64,000 bases of DNA from Thermoplasmata archaeon. GTDB lineage: Archaea; Thermoplasmatota; Thermoplasmata; Lutacidiplasmatales; UBA184. The DNA lies in contig JAKAWP010000001.1 in NCBI GenBank assembly GCA_021816955.1, positions 10,290-74,289 on the forward strand, read 5' to 3'. Positions within the stretch are counted from its first letter, which is position 1. Every line of letters starts with the position of its first letter. Below the pieces are notes generated by a model. It was not told the DNA's origin. It saw only the letters and a list, made by a program, of their open reading frames with translations, and made no database searches. A program made the translations under genes and the position numbers. Below, in pieces: positions 7,961-16,967 of this stretch.

Positions 7961-8145
7961 GCGCGCTCGACCCGGACCAGATCGTCACCCTCGCTGAGAT
8001 CCTGTTGGTGCTCGCCGGCGTCGGGATCCTGTGGGCCGTCTACCACGGGAGCGAATCCGCCGAGCTCCCGGGAGAGGCGACGATCCCGCCGCCCGGCGAG
8101 GCCGACGACGCGGTGCCGGACACCCGGGGGAGGACGCTCCAATGA
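7957..8145 (+). CDS. Small single-TM membrane protein
   Basis: GTGA and ATGA overlaps with both neighbours; one hydrophobic helix and an acidic tail. Confidence 0.65.
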   Translation: MSALDPDQIVTLAEILLVLAGVGILWAVYHGSESAELPGEATIPPPGEADDAVPDTRGRTLQ

Positions 8146-8981
8146 ACGGCCTCGATTGCGACCCGACGTGTCCGTTCACGGTCGGACGGGCGCCGACCCT
8201 GGACTTCCCCGTCGGCCAGATCCACCGGGTTTCCATGCGCTCCTCCTCCTCCTCGGACGAGGGCGTCGACGAGACGAAGCGCAACCTCCTCAAGCTCCTC
8301 GCGATCGCGGGCGTGATCGGCGCCGGAGCCGGCGGGGTGGTCGGCGGCGCGCTGCAGTACGTACAGCCCCCGACCGTCGGGCTCGGGAGCTATCCCAAGA
8401 CGCAGCTTCTCGACCTCGACGGCTCGGCGCTGACCGTCGACACGGCGCTCCGAGAGTACAACTGGAAGACGAGCGAGCTCCACCTGTTCAACTACCCCCT
8501 CCAGAACGAGCCGAACTTCTTTCTCTGCCTCGAAGGCGCCCCGTTCAAGCCGCTCGGCGGAATCGGGGGGCCGAACCAAACGTCGGACCCGAACTCATCC
8601 CAGGGGCCGATCGTGGCGTTCAGCGCCATCTGCCAACACCTCGGCTGCCCCGCGCCGGCGATCTCCTACTACCCGCCCGGGACGTGTCCGAAGTTCAGCC
8701 CGTCCGGTGTGAACGGCCCGATGTCGTTCTACATCCACTGCTCGTGCCACGGATCGACGTACGACGTGACGGCGAACGCCGCCGTCCTGACCGGCCCGAC
8801 GCTCTACGCGCTCCCGCAGATCATTCTCGAGACGGATGCGGACGGGAACATCTACGCCGTGAACATGGCGAGCTTGAACGGCCAGCCGGTGAACGGCCAC
8901 CTGAGCAACCTCACGGGCGGCTACGGCGTCGGGTCGTCCCAGCAGCTCACGAAGGATACCCCCACGATCCTCTGTCCGTGA
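8142..8981 (+). CDS. Rieske [2Fe-2S] protein (SoxL-like); alternative start at 8235
   Basis: CQHLGC and CSCHGSTYD boxes; Tat-type signal TKRNLLK plus TM. Confidence 0.93.
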   Translation: MNGLDCDPTCPFTVGRAPTLDFPVGQIHRVSMRSSSSSDEGVDETKRNLLKLLAIAGVIGAGAGGVVGGALQYVQPPTVGLGSYPKTQLLDLDGSALTVDTALREYNWKTSELHLFNYPLQNEPNFFLCLEGAPFKPLGGIGGPNQTSDPNSSQGPIVAFSAICQHLGCPAPAISYYPPGTCPKFSPSGVNGPMSFYIHCSCHGSTYDVTANAAVLTGPTLYALPQIILETDADGNIYAVNMASLNGQPVNGHLSNLTGGYGVGSSQQLTKDTPTILCP

Positions 8982-8982
8982 G

Positions 8983-10425
8983 GTGACCGCTCGGATGCTG
9001 GGACGATGGTACAACCGAAACCTGAACCGGCTCTGGACGTTCATCGAAGACCGAACGAGCATGCGGAAGTGGCCGCTACGGCCCCAGCCGCAGTTCACGT
9101 TCAAGCCGTCGTACTGGACCGGCGCCTTCGTCGTCAACGCCTTCCTGTACCAGGTCGTCTCGGGGATGCTGCTGCTCCTGTACTACCAGCCGAGCGTCTT
9201 CCCGACGCTCACGAACTGCGGCCAGACGCTCGGCACGCTCTCGCAGGCGCCGGCGGCGTGGTGCTCGACGTACTACATCATCCACTCAGTGCCGCTCGGC
9301 TCGCTCCTCCTCTCCTCCCACCTCTACGGCGCCTACGCGATGATCTTCCTGCTGTTCGTGCACCTCTACCGCGGCTACTACATGGGGGTCTACAAGAAGC
9401 CGCGCGAGTTTTCCTGGATGGTTGGCACCCTGCTCCTGCTCGCCACGCTCGGGATGGGGTTCACGGGGTATCTCCTGCCGTACACGGCGCTCAGCTACGG
9501 GGCGACGAACGTCGGGATCGTCCTCGCCGTCCGCACGCCGTACATCGGGACGATCCTCGCGCCGTTCATCCTCGGGGACGGCACGCCGCAAGGGCTGCTC
9601 AGCCGGATGTTCGCGGCGCACGTGGTGCTGATTCCGCTCGCTCTCGGCGCGCTGCTCGCCGTCCACCTCCTGCTGTTCGAGGCGCACGGGATCGCCCCGC
9701 CCGCGACCAGCGACCCCACCCAGCGCCGCCGGTTCACGGCGCGGGAGGACGAACGGCACGTGCCGTTCATGCCCCACATCTTCCTCTACATCACGAAGTG
9801 GGCGCTCCTCTACATCGGCGTCCTGCTCGGGATCGCGGCGCTCTGGCCGTGGAGCCTTCCGACGTACTACGGGAACACCGCGGCGGCCCAGGGGTTGATC
9901 ATCCCGGACTGGTACTTCCTCTGGCTGTTCAAGATCCTCGACTTCGTGTACAACACCACGCCGATCCCGGCGACGTTCGCGCTCGGGATCGGCACGGTCC
10001 TCTTGCTCTACTTCCTCTTCCTGCCGTGGCTCGACCGGTCGAAGCGCACCCATCCGCGCGACCGGCCATTCTTCATCTGGCTCGGGACGTCGCTCCTCGA
10101 GATGTTCGCCCTCCTGACGGTCTGGGGCGGATTCGAGCCGTCGATCCAGATCCAGCTCTTCACCTACACGAACGGCCTCACCCCCGTCGTGCTCCGTCTC
10201 GGGCCGCTCTTCGCGGTGAACGCGGTGGCGATCGCGATCTTCCACTACCGGTACACGGCGAGCTACCGTCGACGGCTCGAGGAGCGCCTGCCTCGATTTC
10301 CGGGCATCTACGCCCCGATCGACGTCGTCGCGCCGCCACGGGGCCGGCCGACACCGACGGCCTCGTCGTCCGGGGCGGGGCCGCTGGCGCGAGCGGCGCC
10401 GTCGTCGGGAGGGGACCGCGCATGA
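8983..10425 (+). CDS. Cytochrome b of a Rieske/cytb complex
   Basis: Heme His pairs (SHLYGA...VHLYR; AHVV...VHLL), FTGYLLP, PDWY Qo motif, LPWLDRS. Confidence 0.93.
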   Translation: MTARMLGRWYNRNLNRLWTFIEDRTSMRKWPLRPQPQFTFKPSYWTGAFVVNAFLYQVVSGMLLLLYYQPSVFPTLTNCGQTLGTLSQAPAAWCSTYYIIHSVPLGSLLLSSHLYGAYAMIFLLFVHLYRGYYMGVYKKPREFSWMVGTLLLLATLGMGFTGYLLPYTALSYGATNVGIVLAVRTPYIGTILAPFILGDGTPQGLLSRMFAAHVVLIPLALGALLAVHLLLFEAHGIAPPATSDPTQRRRFTAREDERHVPFMPHIFLYITKWALLYIGVLLGIAALWPWSLPTYYGNTAAAQGLIIPDWYFLWLFKILDFVYNTTPIPATFALGIGTVLLLYFLFLPWLDRSKRTHPRDRPFFIWLGTSLLEMFALLTVWGGFEPSIQIQLFTYTNGLTPVVLRLGPLFAVNAVAIAIFHYRYTASYRRRLEERLPRFPGIYAPIDVVAPPRGRPTPTASSSGAGPLARAAPSSGGDRA

Positions 10426-10685
10426 GCGACGAGGTTCCGCGATGGACGACCGGCGTGCTCTGGGGGATCCTCGCCGTGCTGCTCGTCCTCGGCACGGTCG
10501 GCGCCGGGACGGTCGTCTACGGGTTTCTCGGGCTCGTCGGCCACGCCCCGAATGCGTTCGACGCGATCGCGCTCGCGGTCGGAGCGATCGTGGCGGTCCT
10601 CGCGTTCCTGTTCATGGCCGGCATCCTCTACCGCGTCGACCGCTACCGCGGCGTTCCCCACCGGGAGGTGAAGCTGTTTGAGTGA
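10422..10685 (+). CDS. Unknown 2-TM membrane protein in respiratory operon
   Basis: ATGA overlap with cytb stop; two hydrophobic helices; ends [15 protein letters not shown]. Confidence 0.75.
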   Translation: MSDEVPRWTTGVLWGILAVLLVLGTVGAGTVVYGFLGLVGHAPNAFDAIALAVGAIVAVLAFLFMAGILYRVDRYRGVPHREVKLFE

Positions 10686-11073
10686 GCTGACCGATCTCAC
10701 GCCCGCGGAGCTGAACGCGATCCGCGAACGATTGTTTCGCTGGTACGGGGCGATCACGGCGATCGCCCTCGGCGTGATGGCCGTCCTGATCGCCTACGTC
10801 ATCGTCTACGGCATGGGGTTCGCCGGCCCGGGGCTCGCAAGCCCGGGCGGGCAGCAATCTGTCGGATTCGCCTTGGCGATGCTCTTGCTCTTGGCCGCGC
10901 TCCTCGTCCATTTGGTTGACCGGATCTACCGGGTCTGGCCGTTCGGACGGAAGGTCGAGGTCCTCGTTCCCCGCCCGCTCACGATCGAGAGCCAGGTCCT
11001 GCTCCTCAAGGTGCTGGTCGCCGTCTTCGCGGCCGCGGGGATCGGATGGTTGATCGCGGGGTTGCTCACATGA
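10678..11073 (+). CDS. Unknown 3-TM membrane protein in respiratory operon
   Basis: TTG start overlapping previous stop; three hydrophobic helices. Confidence 0.75.
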   Translation: MSELTDLTPAELNAIRERLFRWYGAITAIALGVMAVLIAYVIVYGMGFAGPGLASPGGQQSVGFALAMLLLLAALLVHLVDRIYRVWPFGRKVEVLVPRPLTIESQVLLLKVLVAVFAAAGIGWLIAGLLT

Positions 11074-11086
11074 GCGCGGAGGATCG

Positions 11087-12802
11087 ATGACGTTCGTCGC
11101 CATCCCGGACGCGAGCACGTTCGGCCTGGTCGTCCTGATCGCGGGCCTCGCGGCGTTCTTGCTCTGGACCCTCTTCTATCACGGCGACTGGGTCGTTCGG
11201 ACGGTGAAGAAGTACCTCTTCACCACCGACCACCGCCGGATCGGCTGGATGTACATCACCACGGGGTTCGTCTTCTTCTTCATCGGCGGGATCTACGCGA
11301 TGCTGATCCGCACCGACCTGGGCTTCGTCCAGGGGCTCGGCCTCGACCCGCAGACGACGCTCGGCATCTCGCCGGAGGTCTACTCGAGCCTCTTCACGAT
11401 GCACGGGGTGCTGATGATCTTCATGTTCATCATGCCCGTCTTGGCCGGCTTCGGAAACTTCCTCGTCCCGTCGATGATCGGCGCCCGGGAGATGGCGCTC
11501 CCGCGGATCAACGCGATCGCGTTCTGGCTAATCCCTCCGGCGGGGATTCTCCTCGTCATCTCCAATGCGAACGCCGGGTGGACCGGCTACGTCCCGTTGA
11601 GCGTGCTCACGCCGGGAATCGGGATCGACCTCTGGATCCTCGGGCTGCACATCCTCACGATCTCGAGCATCCTCGGCGCGGTGAACTTCCTCGTCACGAT
11701 CATGAAGCACCGCGCGCCCGGCGTCGAGTACTGGAACATGCCGCTCTTCGTCTGGGCGACGTTCGTCAACTCGATCCTCTTGCTCTTCGCGCTCCCGAGT
11801 CTGTCGATCGCGCTCACGTTCGTCCTGAGCGATCGGAATTTCGGGACGAGCATCCTCGCGGCCGTCAACGGGACGCCGCTCGGCGGCGCGCTCCTCTACC
11901 AGAACCTGTTCTGGTTTTTCGCGCATCCCGAGGTCTACATCATGGTCCTGCCGGCGTTCGGCCTGATCTCCACGATCATCCCGAAGCTCGCGCGCAAGGA
12001 CATCTACGGCTACGCCGCCATGGTGATCGCGATCGGCGTCTTCGCGGTGCTCAGCTTCGCCGTCTGGGAGCACCACATGTTCGTGACCGGGATCGACGAG
12101 AACATCCGGTTCGTCTTCATGCTCACGACGATGGCGATCGCCGTCCCGTCGGCCGTGAAGACGTTCAACTGGGTCGCGACGCTCTGGGGCGGCCGGATCT
12201 GGATGGCGGTGCCGATGTGGTTCTGCGTGGCGTTCATCACCGGGTTCGTCATCGGCGGCCTGTCGGGCCTCTACCTCGCCTCGATCCCGGTCGACTACCT
12301 CTACCACGGGACGTACTTCGTCGTCGCCCACTTCCACTACATCCTGCTCGGCGGCACGCTCATGGCGATCTTCGCGGCGATCTACTTCTATTTCCCGGTG
12401 CTCACTCGGCGCTGGTACAGCCAGCGGCTCGGCCACACGCACTTTCTGCTGACGTATGTCGGCGTCAACCTGCTCCTCTTCCCGATGTTCATCCTCGGGG
12501 CGGAGGGGATGCCGCGGCGGGTCTACACGTACCTGTGGGCCGGCAACTTCCAGGCGCTCAACTTCCTCTCGACCCTCGGGGCGTACATCTTCGCGATCGG
12601 CCAGCTGGTCTTCGTCTTCAACATGGTCTACAGCTACTTCGCGGGCGCTCCGGTGACGTCCGACGATCCGTGGGGCGAGCCCCTCGCGAGCTCGATCCGG
12701 GGGCCCGCACCGGTCCCGGTCCCGTTGCGCGTGCCGGTCCCGACCGCGACGGAGGCGTCGGCCGCCGCGAGCGGCGGCGCGCCGTCCGACCCGGTCGGCT
12801 AG
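11087..12802 (+). CDS. coxA: Heme-copper oxidase subunit I, A1 type
   Basis: [37 protein letters not shown]; K-channel Lys in IAVPSAVK; GGAGG SD. Confidence 0.96.
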   Translation: MTFVAIPDASTFGLVVLIAGLAAFLLWTLFYHGDWVVRTVKKYLFTTDHRRIGWMYITTGFVFFFIGGIYAMLIRTDLGFVQGLGLDPQTTLGISPEVYSSLFTMHGVLMIFMFIMPVLAGFGNFLVPSMIGAREMALPRINAIAFWLIPPAGILLVISNANAGWTGYVPLSVLTPGIGIDLWILGLHILTISSILGAVNFLVTIMKHRAPGVEYWNMPLFVWATFVNSILLLFALPSLSIALTFVLSDRNFGTSILAAVNGTPLGGALLYQNLFWFFAHPEVYIMVLPAFGLISTIIPKLARKDIYGYAAMVIAIGVFAVLSFAVWEHHMFVTGIDENIRFVFMLTTMAIAVPSAVKTFNWVATLWGGRIWMAVPMWFCVAFITGFVIGGLSGLYLASIPVDYLYHGTYFVVAHFHYILLGGTLMAIFAAIYFYFPVLTRRWYSQRLGHTHFLLTYVGVNLLLFPMFILGAEGMPRRVYTYLWAGNFQALNFLSTLGAYIFAIGQLVFVFNMVYSYFAGAPVTSDDPWGEPLASSIRGPAPVPVPLRVPVPTATEASAAASGGAPSDPVG

Positions 12803-12814
12803 CGAGGACGGCCG

Positions 12815-13405
12815 ATGCGAGGGCATGACGCGTTCCGCTACCTCGTCTTGATCGCGCTCGCGCTCGCGTATGTCACGATCCTGCTCGGGGGGAACGTCGC
12901 GGCGAGCGATTCGGGACTCGCCTGCCCGACCTGGCCGCTCTGCCGTCCGGGCGCGGGCCTCTGGCCGTCCGGCCTCGACGGCGGGGTGCTGATCGAGTGG
13001 TCCCATCGGGTGGCGGCGTTCGTGCTGAGCGCCAGCATCGCCGCGTTCACCCTCCTCGCGCTCGTATTCGAGCGGCGCCGCCCGGCGCTCCAGCGGCTCA
13101 GCTTCGCGGCGGCGGGGCTCGTCCTCGTCCAGGTGCTGCTCGGCGGTCTCGTCGTCGACACGGACCTCTCCGTCGCCGCGGTCGTCGCGCATCTCGGGAT
13201 GGCGACGGCGCTCTTCGGCGTGCTCGTCGTTCTCGCCGCGGTGGCGAACCTCCCGGCGATCCCGCGCCGGTGGCTCGCTTGGCTCCGCCGGGCCGGGGAG
13301 GAAGCCCCGCCGACCGCGCCCGAGTCCCGTCCCGGACGGGAGGCCGTTCCGGCCGGCGCCCCGGAGCCGATAGCGGCCGCGGTCGGCGGCCGGCCCGGGA
13401 GCTAA
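12815..13405 (+). CDS. ctaA: Heme A synthase, short (half-size) archaeal type
   Basis: GLACPTWPLC, IEWSHR, QVLLGG, VAHLG; four TM. Confidence 0.9.
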   Translation: MRGHDAFRYLVLIALALAYVTILLGGNVAASDSGLACPTWPLCRPGAGLWPSGLDGGVLIEWSHRVAAFVLSASIAAFTLLALVFERRRPALQRLSFAAAGLVLVQVLLGGLVVDTDLSVAAVVAHLGMATALFGVLVVLAAVANLPAIPRRWLAWLRRAGEEAPPTAPESRPGREAVPAGAPEPIAAAVGGRPGS

Positions 13406-13430
13406 AGCGACCGGGGTCGCTGCGGATCCG

Positions 13431-14360
13431 ATGGCCGCGTCGCCCCCGTCCCCCGATCGGCGCGAACGCCTCGGGCCGAGTCGATGGCGGGATTATCTCA
13501 CGCTCACCAAGCCCGGGATCTCGGCGTTGATCGTCGCGGTCGCGGTCGGAGGGTACTCCCTCGCGCTCCCGTCACCCATCGACCCCGTCCGTCTCGCGAT
13601 CCTCGCGCTCTCGGGCGCGACCGCCTCGTTTGGGGCGGCGATGCTGAACCACTACCTCGACCGAGACCTCGATCGAACGATGGCCCGGACCCAGCACCGC
13701 CCGCTCGCGGACGGCCGGGTCCGATCCGAGCGGGGCGTTGCGGCGGCCGGACTCGTCCTGTCGGCCGTCGGCGTCGGAGCCGCCACCGTACTGCTCAATC
13801 CCCTGACCGGGGTGTCGATACTCCTCGGCGGCGTCACCTACGTCCTCATCTACACGGCTTGGTTGAAGCGCCGCTCGAGCTGGAACATCGTGATCGGAGG
13901 GTTCGCGGGGAGTGCGCCGGTCCTCGCGGGGAGCGCCGCAGCGGTCGGAGGGTGGACGCCGGCCGCGATCGCCTTCGCCGTCCTCGTCTTCTTTTGGACC
14001 CCGCCGCACTTCTGGAGCCTCGCCGTCCTGCTGCGGGACGATTACCGGCGCGCGGGCCTCCCGATGCTCCCGCGGATGGACGACCTCGCCTACTCGGGCC
14101 GCGTGATCGTCGTCAGCACGCTCGCCCTGTTCGCCTCGACGGGGGCGCTCGTCGCGACCGGCACCCTTGCGTGGCCGATCGCCGTCGTGGCGCTTGCCCT
14201 CGGGGCGACGTTCGTCGGGCTGACCGCCCCGATGTGGAAGGGCGCGATGCGCCGCGCGGCCCGTCGCGGCTTCTTCTACTCGGGGCCGTACCTCCTCGCG
14301 CTCGTCGTGGCCGTGATCATCAATTGGCCGCTCGTCGGCCGGGGGGTCGGGGGCTGGTAG
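13431..14360 (+). CDS. ctaB: Protoheme IX farnesyltransferase (heme O synthase)
   Basis: LTKPGI, NHYLDRDLD..MARTQHRP, YTAWLKR, WTPPHFW, DDYRRAGLPMLP. Confidence 0.95.
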   Translation: MAASPPSPDRRERLGPSRWRDYLTLTKPGISALIVAVAVGGYSLALPSPIDPVRLAILALSGATASFGAAMLNHYLDRDLDRTMARTQHRPLADGRVRSERGVAAAGLVLSAVGVGAATVLLNPLTGVSILLGGVTYVLIYTAWLKRRSSWNIVIGGFAGSAPVLAGSAAAVGGWTPAAIAFAVLVFFWTPPHFWSLAVLLRDDYRRAGLPMLPRMDDLAYSGRVIVVSTLALFASTGALVATGTLAWPIAVVALALGATFVGLTAPMWKGAMRRAARRGFFYSGPYLLALVVAVIINWPLVGRGVGGW

Positions 14361-14442
14361 GCGAGTCGGCCGGCCGTCCGGCCAGCGCTTGTGGCGGACA
14401 GGTCACCGCAAGCTTATGTCGCGTACGCGTACTGAAGCATCG

Positions 14443-15162
14443 ATGAGCTCGAGCGAACCGTCGCCGCCCACGTCGTCGTCCGCCTCGGACGGCCGTGTGC
14501 GGGCGGCCGAAACCGTCCTGCGCCGGCTCGGCTTCTCCCGGGCCCGATCGGTCCGCGGCGACTCCGCCGCCCGGGCCGCCTTCTGGGTCGAGCCACCGGG
14601 CGACCGGGGGCCGCGGCCGGTCTACCTCGTCTCGGGCGACTCGGCCGACGAGTCGACCCCGAAGGAGCGATGGCTCCCGGGGATCCGGTCCGTGCGGGCG
14701 CGTCGGGGGATTTGGGTGGTTCCTACCGATCGGGTCGCGGAAGCCGTCTCGGCCGAGCTCCGCGCGCAAGCGCGCCCCGGCGACGACGAGCCGCCGTCGA
14801 TCCTTGTCGTTCCCCCGGAGCCGCCGGCGGGAGAGAGCCCGCATTGGTACCTCGCCAGCGTCTCCCGGTCGGAACTGTTGCGCCTCGCGACCGGGGTGGT
14901 CGTCGGGCTGTTCCGCCGGGCGCAGCGCGACGGCGGCGGTAACGCCGTCGACTTCGGCGAGATGCTCGAACTTTTGCGGCGAAAGTTCGGCGTCGACCCG
15001 GCCGCGTCGTTGGGCGTCGACGACGACGAATCGGCGCTCTTTTTGCTGTACCAGCTCGCCCTGCGCGACACGTGGGCGCCGGGGGACGGCGGCGCGAACC
15101 TCCACCTCCTCGTCTTGAAGCCGACCGGCCCGGCCGCGCGCCTTCCGTGGTTTGCCGCCTAG
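14443..15162 (+). CDS. Hypothetical protein
   Basis: Coding-like frame with TATA-like CTTATG about 30 nt upstream; no family recognised. Confidence 0.6.
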   Translation: MSSSEPSPPTSSSASDGRVRAAETVLRRLGFSRARSVRGDSAARAAFWVEPPGDRGPRPVYLVSGDSADESTPKERWLPGIRSVRARRGIWVVPTDRVAEAVSAELRAQARPGDDEPPSILVVPPEPPAGESPHWYLASVSRSELLRLATGVVVGLFRRAQRDGGGNAVDFGEMLELLRRKFGVDPAASLGVDDDESALFLLYQLALRDTWAPGDGGANLHLLVLKPTGPAARLPWFAA

Positions 15163-15222
15163 CCCGCGCGGCTCGAACCGAACGGATATGAACGTCGGGG
15201 GCTGAACTAGATCGGTCCGACG

Positions 15223-15408
15223 ATGGACGAACCGTCCGTACCGTTCCGCTCGCCGTTCACCCCGTATCCCGGCGGTGCGACTGCCCCTCCGGACGAACCC
15301 CCCGAGGTGAGCCGGCGGGAATTGTGGACGTTCTTCTGGTTCTCGATCCTTTCGAGCGCGATCATCGGCGGCGCGGGGGTCGTAGCGTTCTTCCTGGCCA
15401 CCCGCTGA
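15223..15408 (+). CDS. Small single-TM protein
   Basis: TATA-like GATATGAA at 15185; Pro-rich N-terminus and C-terminal TM. Confidence 0.55.
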   Translation: MDEPSVPFRSPFTPYPGGATAPPDEPPEVSRRELWTFFWFSILSSAIIGGAGVVAFFLATR

Positions 15409-15466
15409 TCGCTCGGCGCAACGTTATCTTCGCCGCCTCGGTCGGGGCGTCGGGCCGGTGCGCATC

Positions 15467-15541
15467 GGGGCCGTGGGGTAGCTTGGACCATCCTTCTTGC
15501 TTGGGGTGCAAGAGACTCCGATTCAAATTCGGACGGCCCCA
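15467..15541 (+). tRNA. tRNA-Pro(GGG)
   Basis: Acceptor GGGGCCG/CGGCCCC plus discriminator A; anticodon stem CTTGC/GCAAG with loop TT-GGG-GT; T arm TCCGA-TTCAAAT-TCGGA; no intron. Confidence 0.95.
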
Positions 15542-15645
15542 CCGACCCTCGGGGAGCGGCCCGCGCGGGTCGGTCGGTTCGGTGCCGTCCCCCCCGTCGG
15601 GCCGTCCCGAACCGTTCTATCCTCTCGCGGCCCTTCCCGACGGCG

Positions 15646-16254
15646 ATGCCCCGCCGGTTCGAACAGGCGCGTCGGCGTGACCCGTACTACCGCGGGGCGC
15701 AGCGCGAAGGTCTGCGCTCCCGGGCGGCCTACAAGCTCGGCCAGCTCGCCGAGCAGTTCCCGATCTTCGCGGCCGGTGACCGGGTTCTCGACCTCGGCGC
15801 GGCCCCGGGGGGCTGGTCGGTCGTCGCGCGCGAACTCGTCGGCGCGAGCGGCGAGGTCGTCGCGGTCGATGTCCGGCGCATCGAGCCGATCGACGGGGTG
15901 CGCGTCGTGCGAGGCCCCGTCGGGAGCCCCGCCGTGGCCGAACGCCTCGGCCCGGAGCCGTTCGACGTCGTCCTGTCAGATATGGCCCCCTCGATCAGCG
16001 GCGCCTACGCCACCGACCACGCCCGCAGCGTCGAGTTGGTGCGCGCCGCGTGGGCGCTGGCGGCGGAACGGCTCCGGCCGGGGGGATCGTTTGTCGCCAA
16101 GCTGTTCGACGGCGATCTGCGGGAGGGGCTCGAGCGAGAGATCCGGCCGTCGTTCCGCGCCTGGCACCGCACGAAGCCGCCCGCCTCCCGCGCCGGCTCC
16201 TCCGAGATCTACGTGATCGGCCTTGGGTTTGACCCGGGGCCGAAGCGATCGTGA
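15646..16254 (+). CDS. rlmE: 23S rRNA Um2552 methyltransferase RlmE/FtsJ
   Basis: RSRAAYKL, DLGAAPGGWS, VLSDMAP, FVAKLF, KPPASR..SSEIY. Confidence 0.95.
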   Translation: MPRRFEQARRRDPYYRGAQREGLRSRAAYKLGQLAEQFPIFAAGDRVLDLGAAPGGWSVVARELVGASGEVVAVDVRRIEPIDGVRVVRGPVGSPAVAERLGPEPFDVVLSDMAPSISGAYATDHARSVELVRAAWALAAERLRPGGSFVAKLFDGDLREGLEREIRPSFRAWHRTKPPASRAGSSEIYVIGLGFDPGPKRS

Positions 16255-16922
16255 GGCCCGCCGCGGCCATCTCCTCGGGGCCGGCCGCCTCCGTCCCTCG
16301 ATGGATCGAGGAGATCCGACTCCACTACCCGGCCGTCGCGGCCGCGTTCGAGCGCGTCCCTCGCACCGCGTTCCTCCCGGCCAGAGCTCGGCTCGAGGCG
16401 GAGGAGGACACGCCGGTCCCCCTCGGAGTGGGCGGCGCGACGATCAGCGCGCCGACGATGGTCGCGACGATGCTCGTCGAGGCCGATCTTCGGCCCGGGC
16501 AGCGGTGCGTCGAGGTCGGGAGCGGCTCGGGCTATCTCCTCGCGCTCGTCGCCGAATTGCTCCAAGGGACGGGGACGATCCACGGCGTGGAGATCGAGCC
16601 CCGGCTCGCCGGCGCGTCGCGCCGGACGCTCCGAAACCTCGGCTACGGTCCCCCTCGCGTGGTCGTGCACTGCGCGGACGGGGTCGATCCGGACCGACGC
16701 CACGGGCCGTTCGACCGCTTGATCGCGTCGTGCGCGATCGACGCGATCCCACCCGCCTGGGTGACGACGCTCGCCCCGGACGGGCTCGGCGTCGTTCCCC
16801 TGGGACCGCCGTACGACGCCCGGCTCGCCGTTTACACGCGCCGCTCGGGTGGCGCAGTCGTGCGATGGGGTCCCGCCTGCTCGTTCGTTCCATTCCGGCG
16901 GCCGCCGAGACCCGATATATAG
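16251..16922 (+). CDS. pcm: Protein-L-isoaspartate O-methyltransferase
   Basis: VPRTAF, TISAP.MVA.M, EVGSGSGY, PFDR, C.FVP. Confidence 0.88.
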   Translation: MRPAAAISSGPAASVPRWIEEIRLHYPAVAAAFERVPRTAFLPARARLEAEEDTPVPLGVGGATISAPTMVATMLVEADLRPGQRCVEVGSGSGYLLALVAELLQGTGTIHGVEIEPRLAGASRRTLRNLGYGPPRVVVHCADGVDPDRRHGPFDRLIASCAIDAIPPAWVTTLAPDGLGVVPLGPPYDARLAVYTRRSGGAVVRWGPACSFVPFRRPPRPDI

Positions 16923-16967
16923 ACCCAGCTTCTTGGGGGGCCTCCGCGCCTTTGGGGTCGTTCTCAC

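Noticed and set aside
12815-13405. Half-length ctaA as a pseudogene
   Set aside because: Short four-TM heme A synthases are an established archaeal type, and the Cys pair, EWxHR and second His are intact
15541-15650. Integrated element at the tRNA-Pro 3' end
   Set aside because: No integrase, no repeat of the tRNA end seen, and housekeeping genes follow immediately
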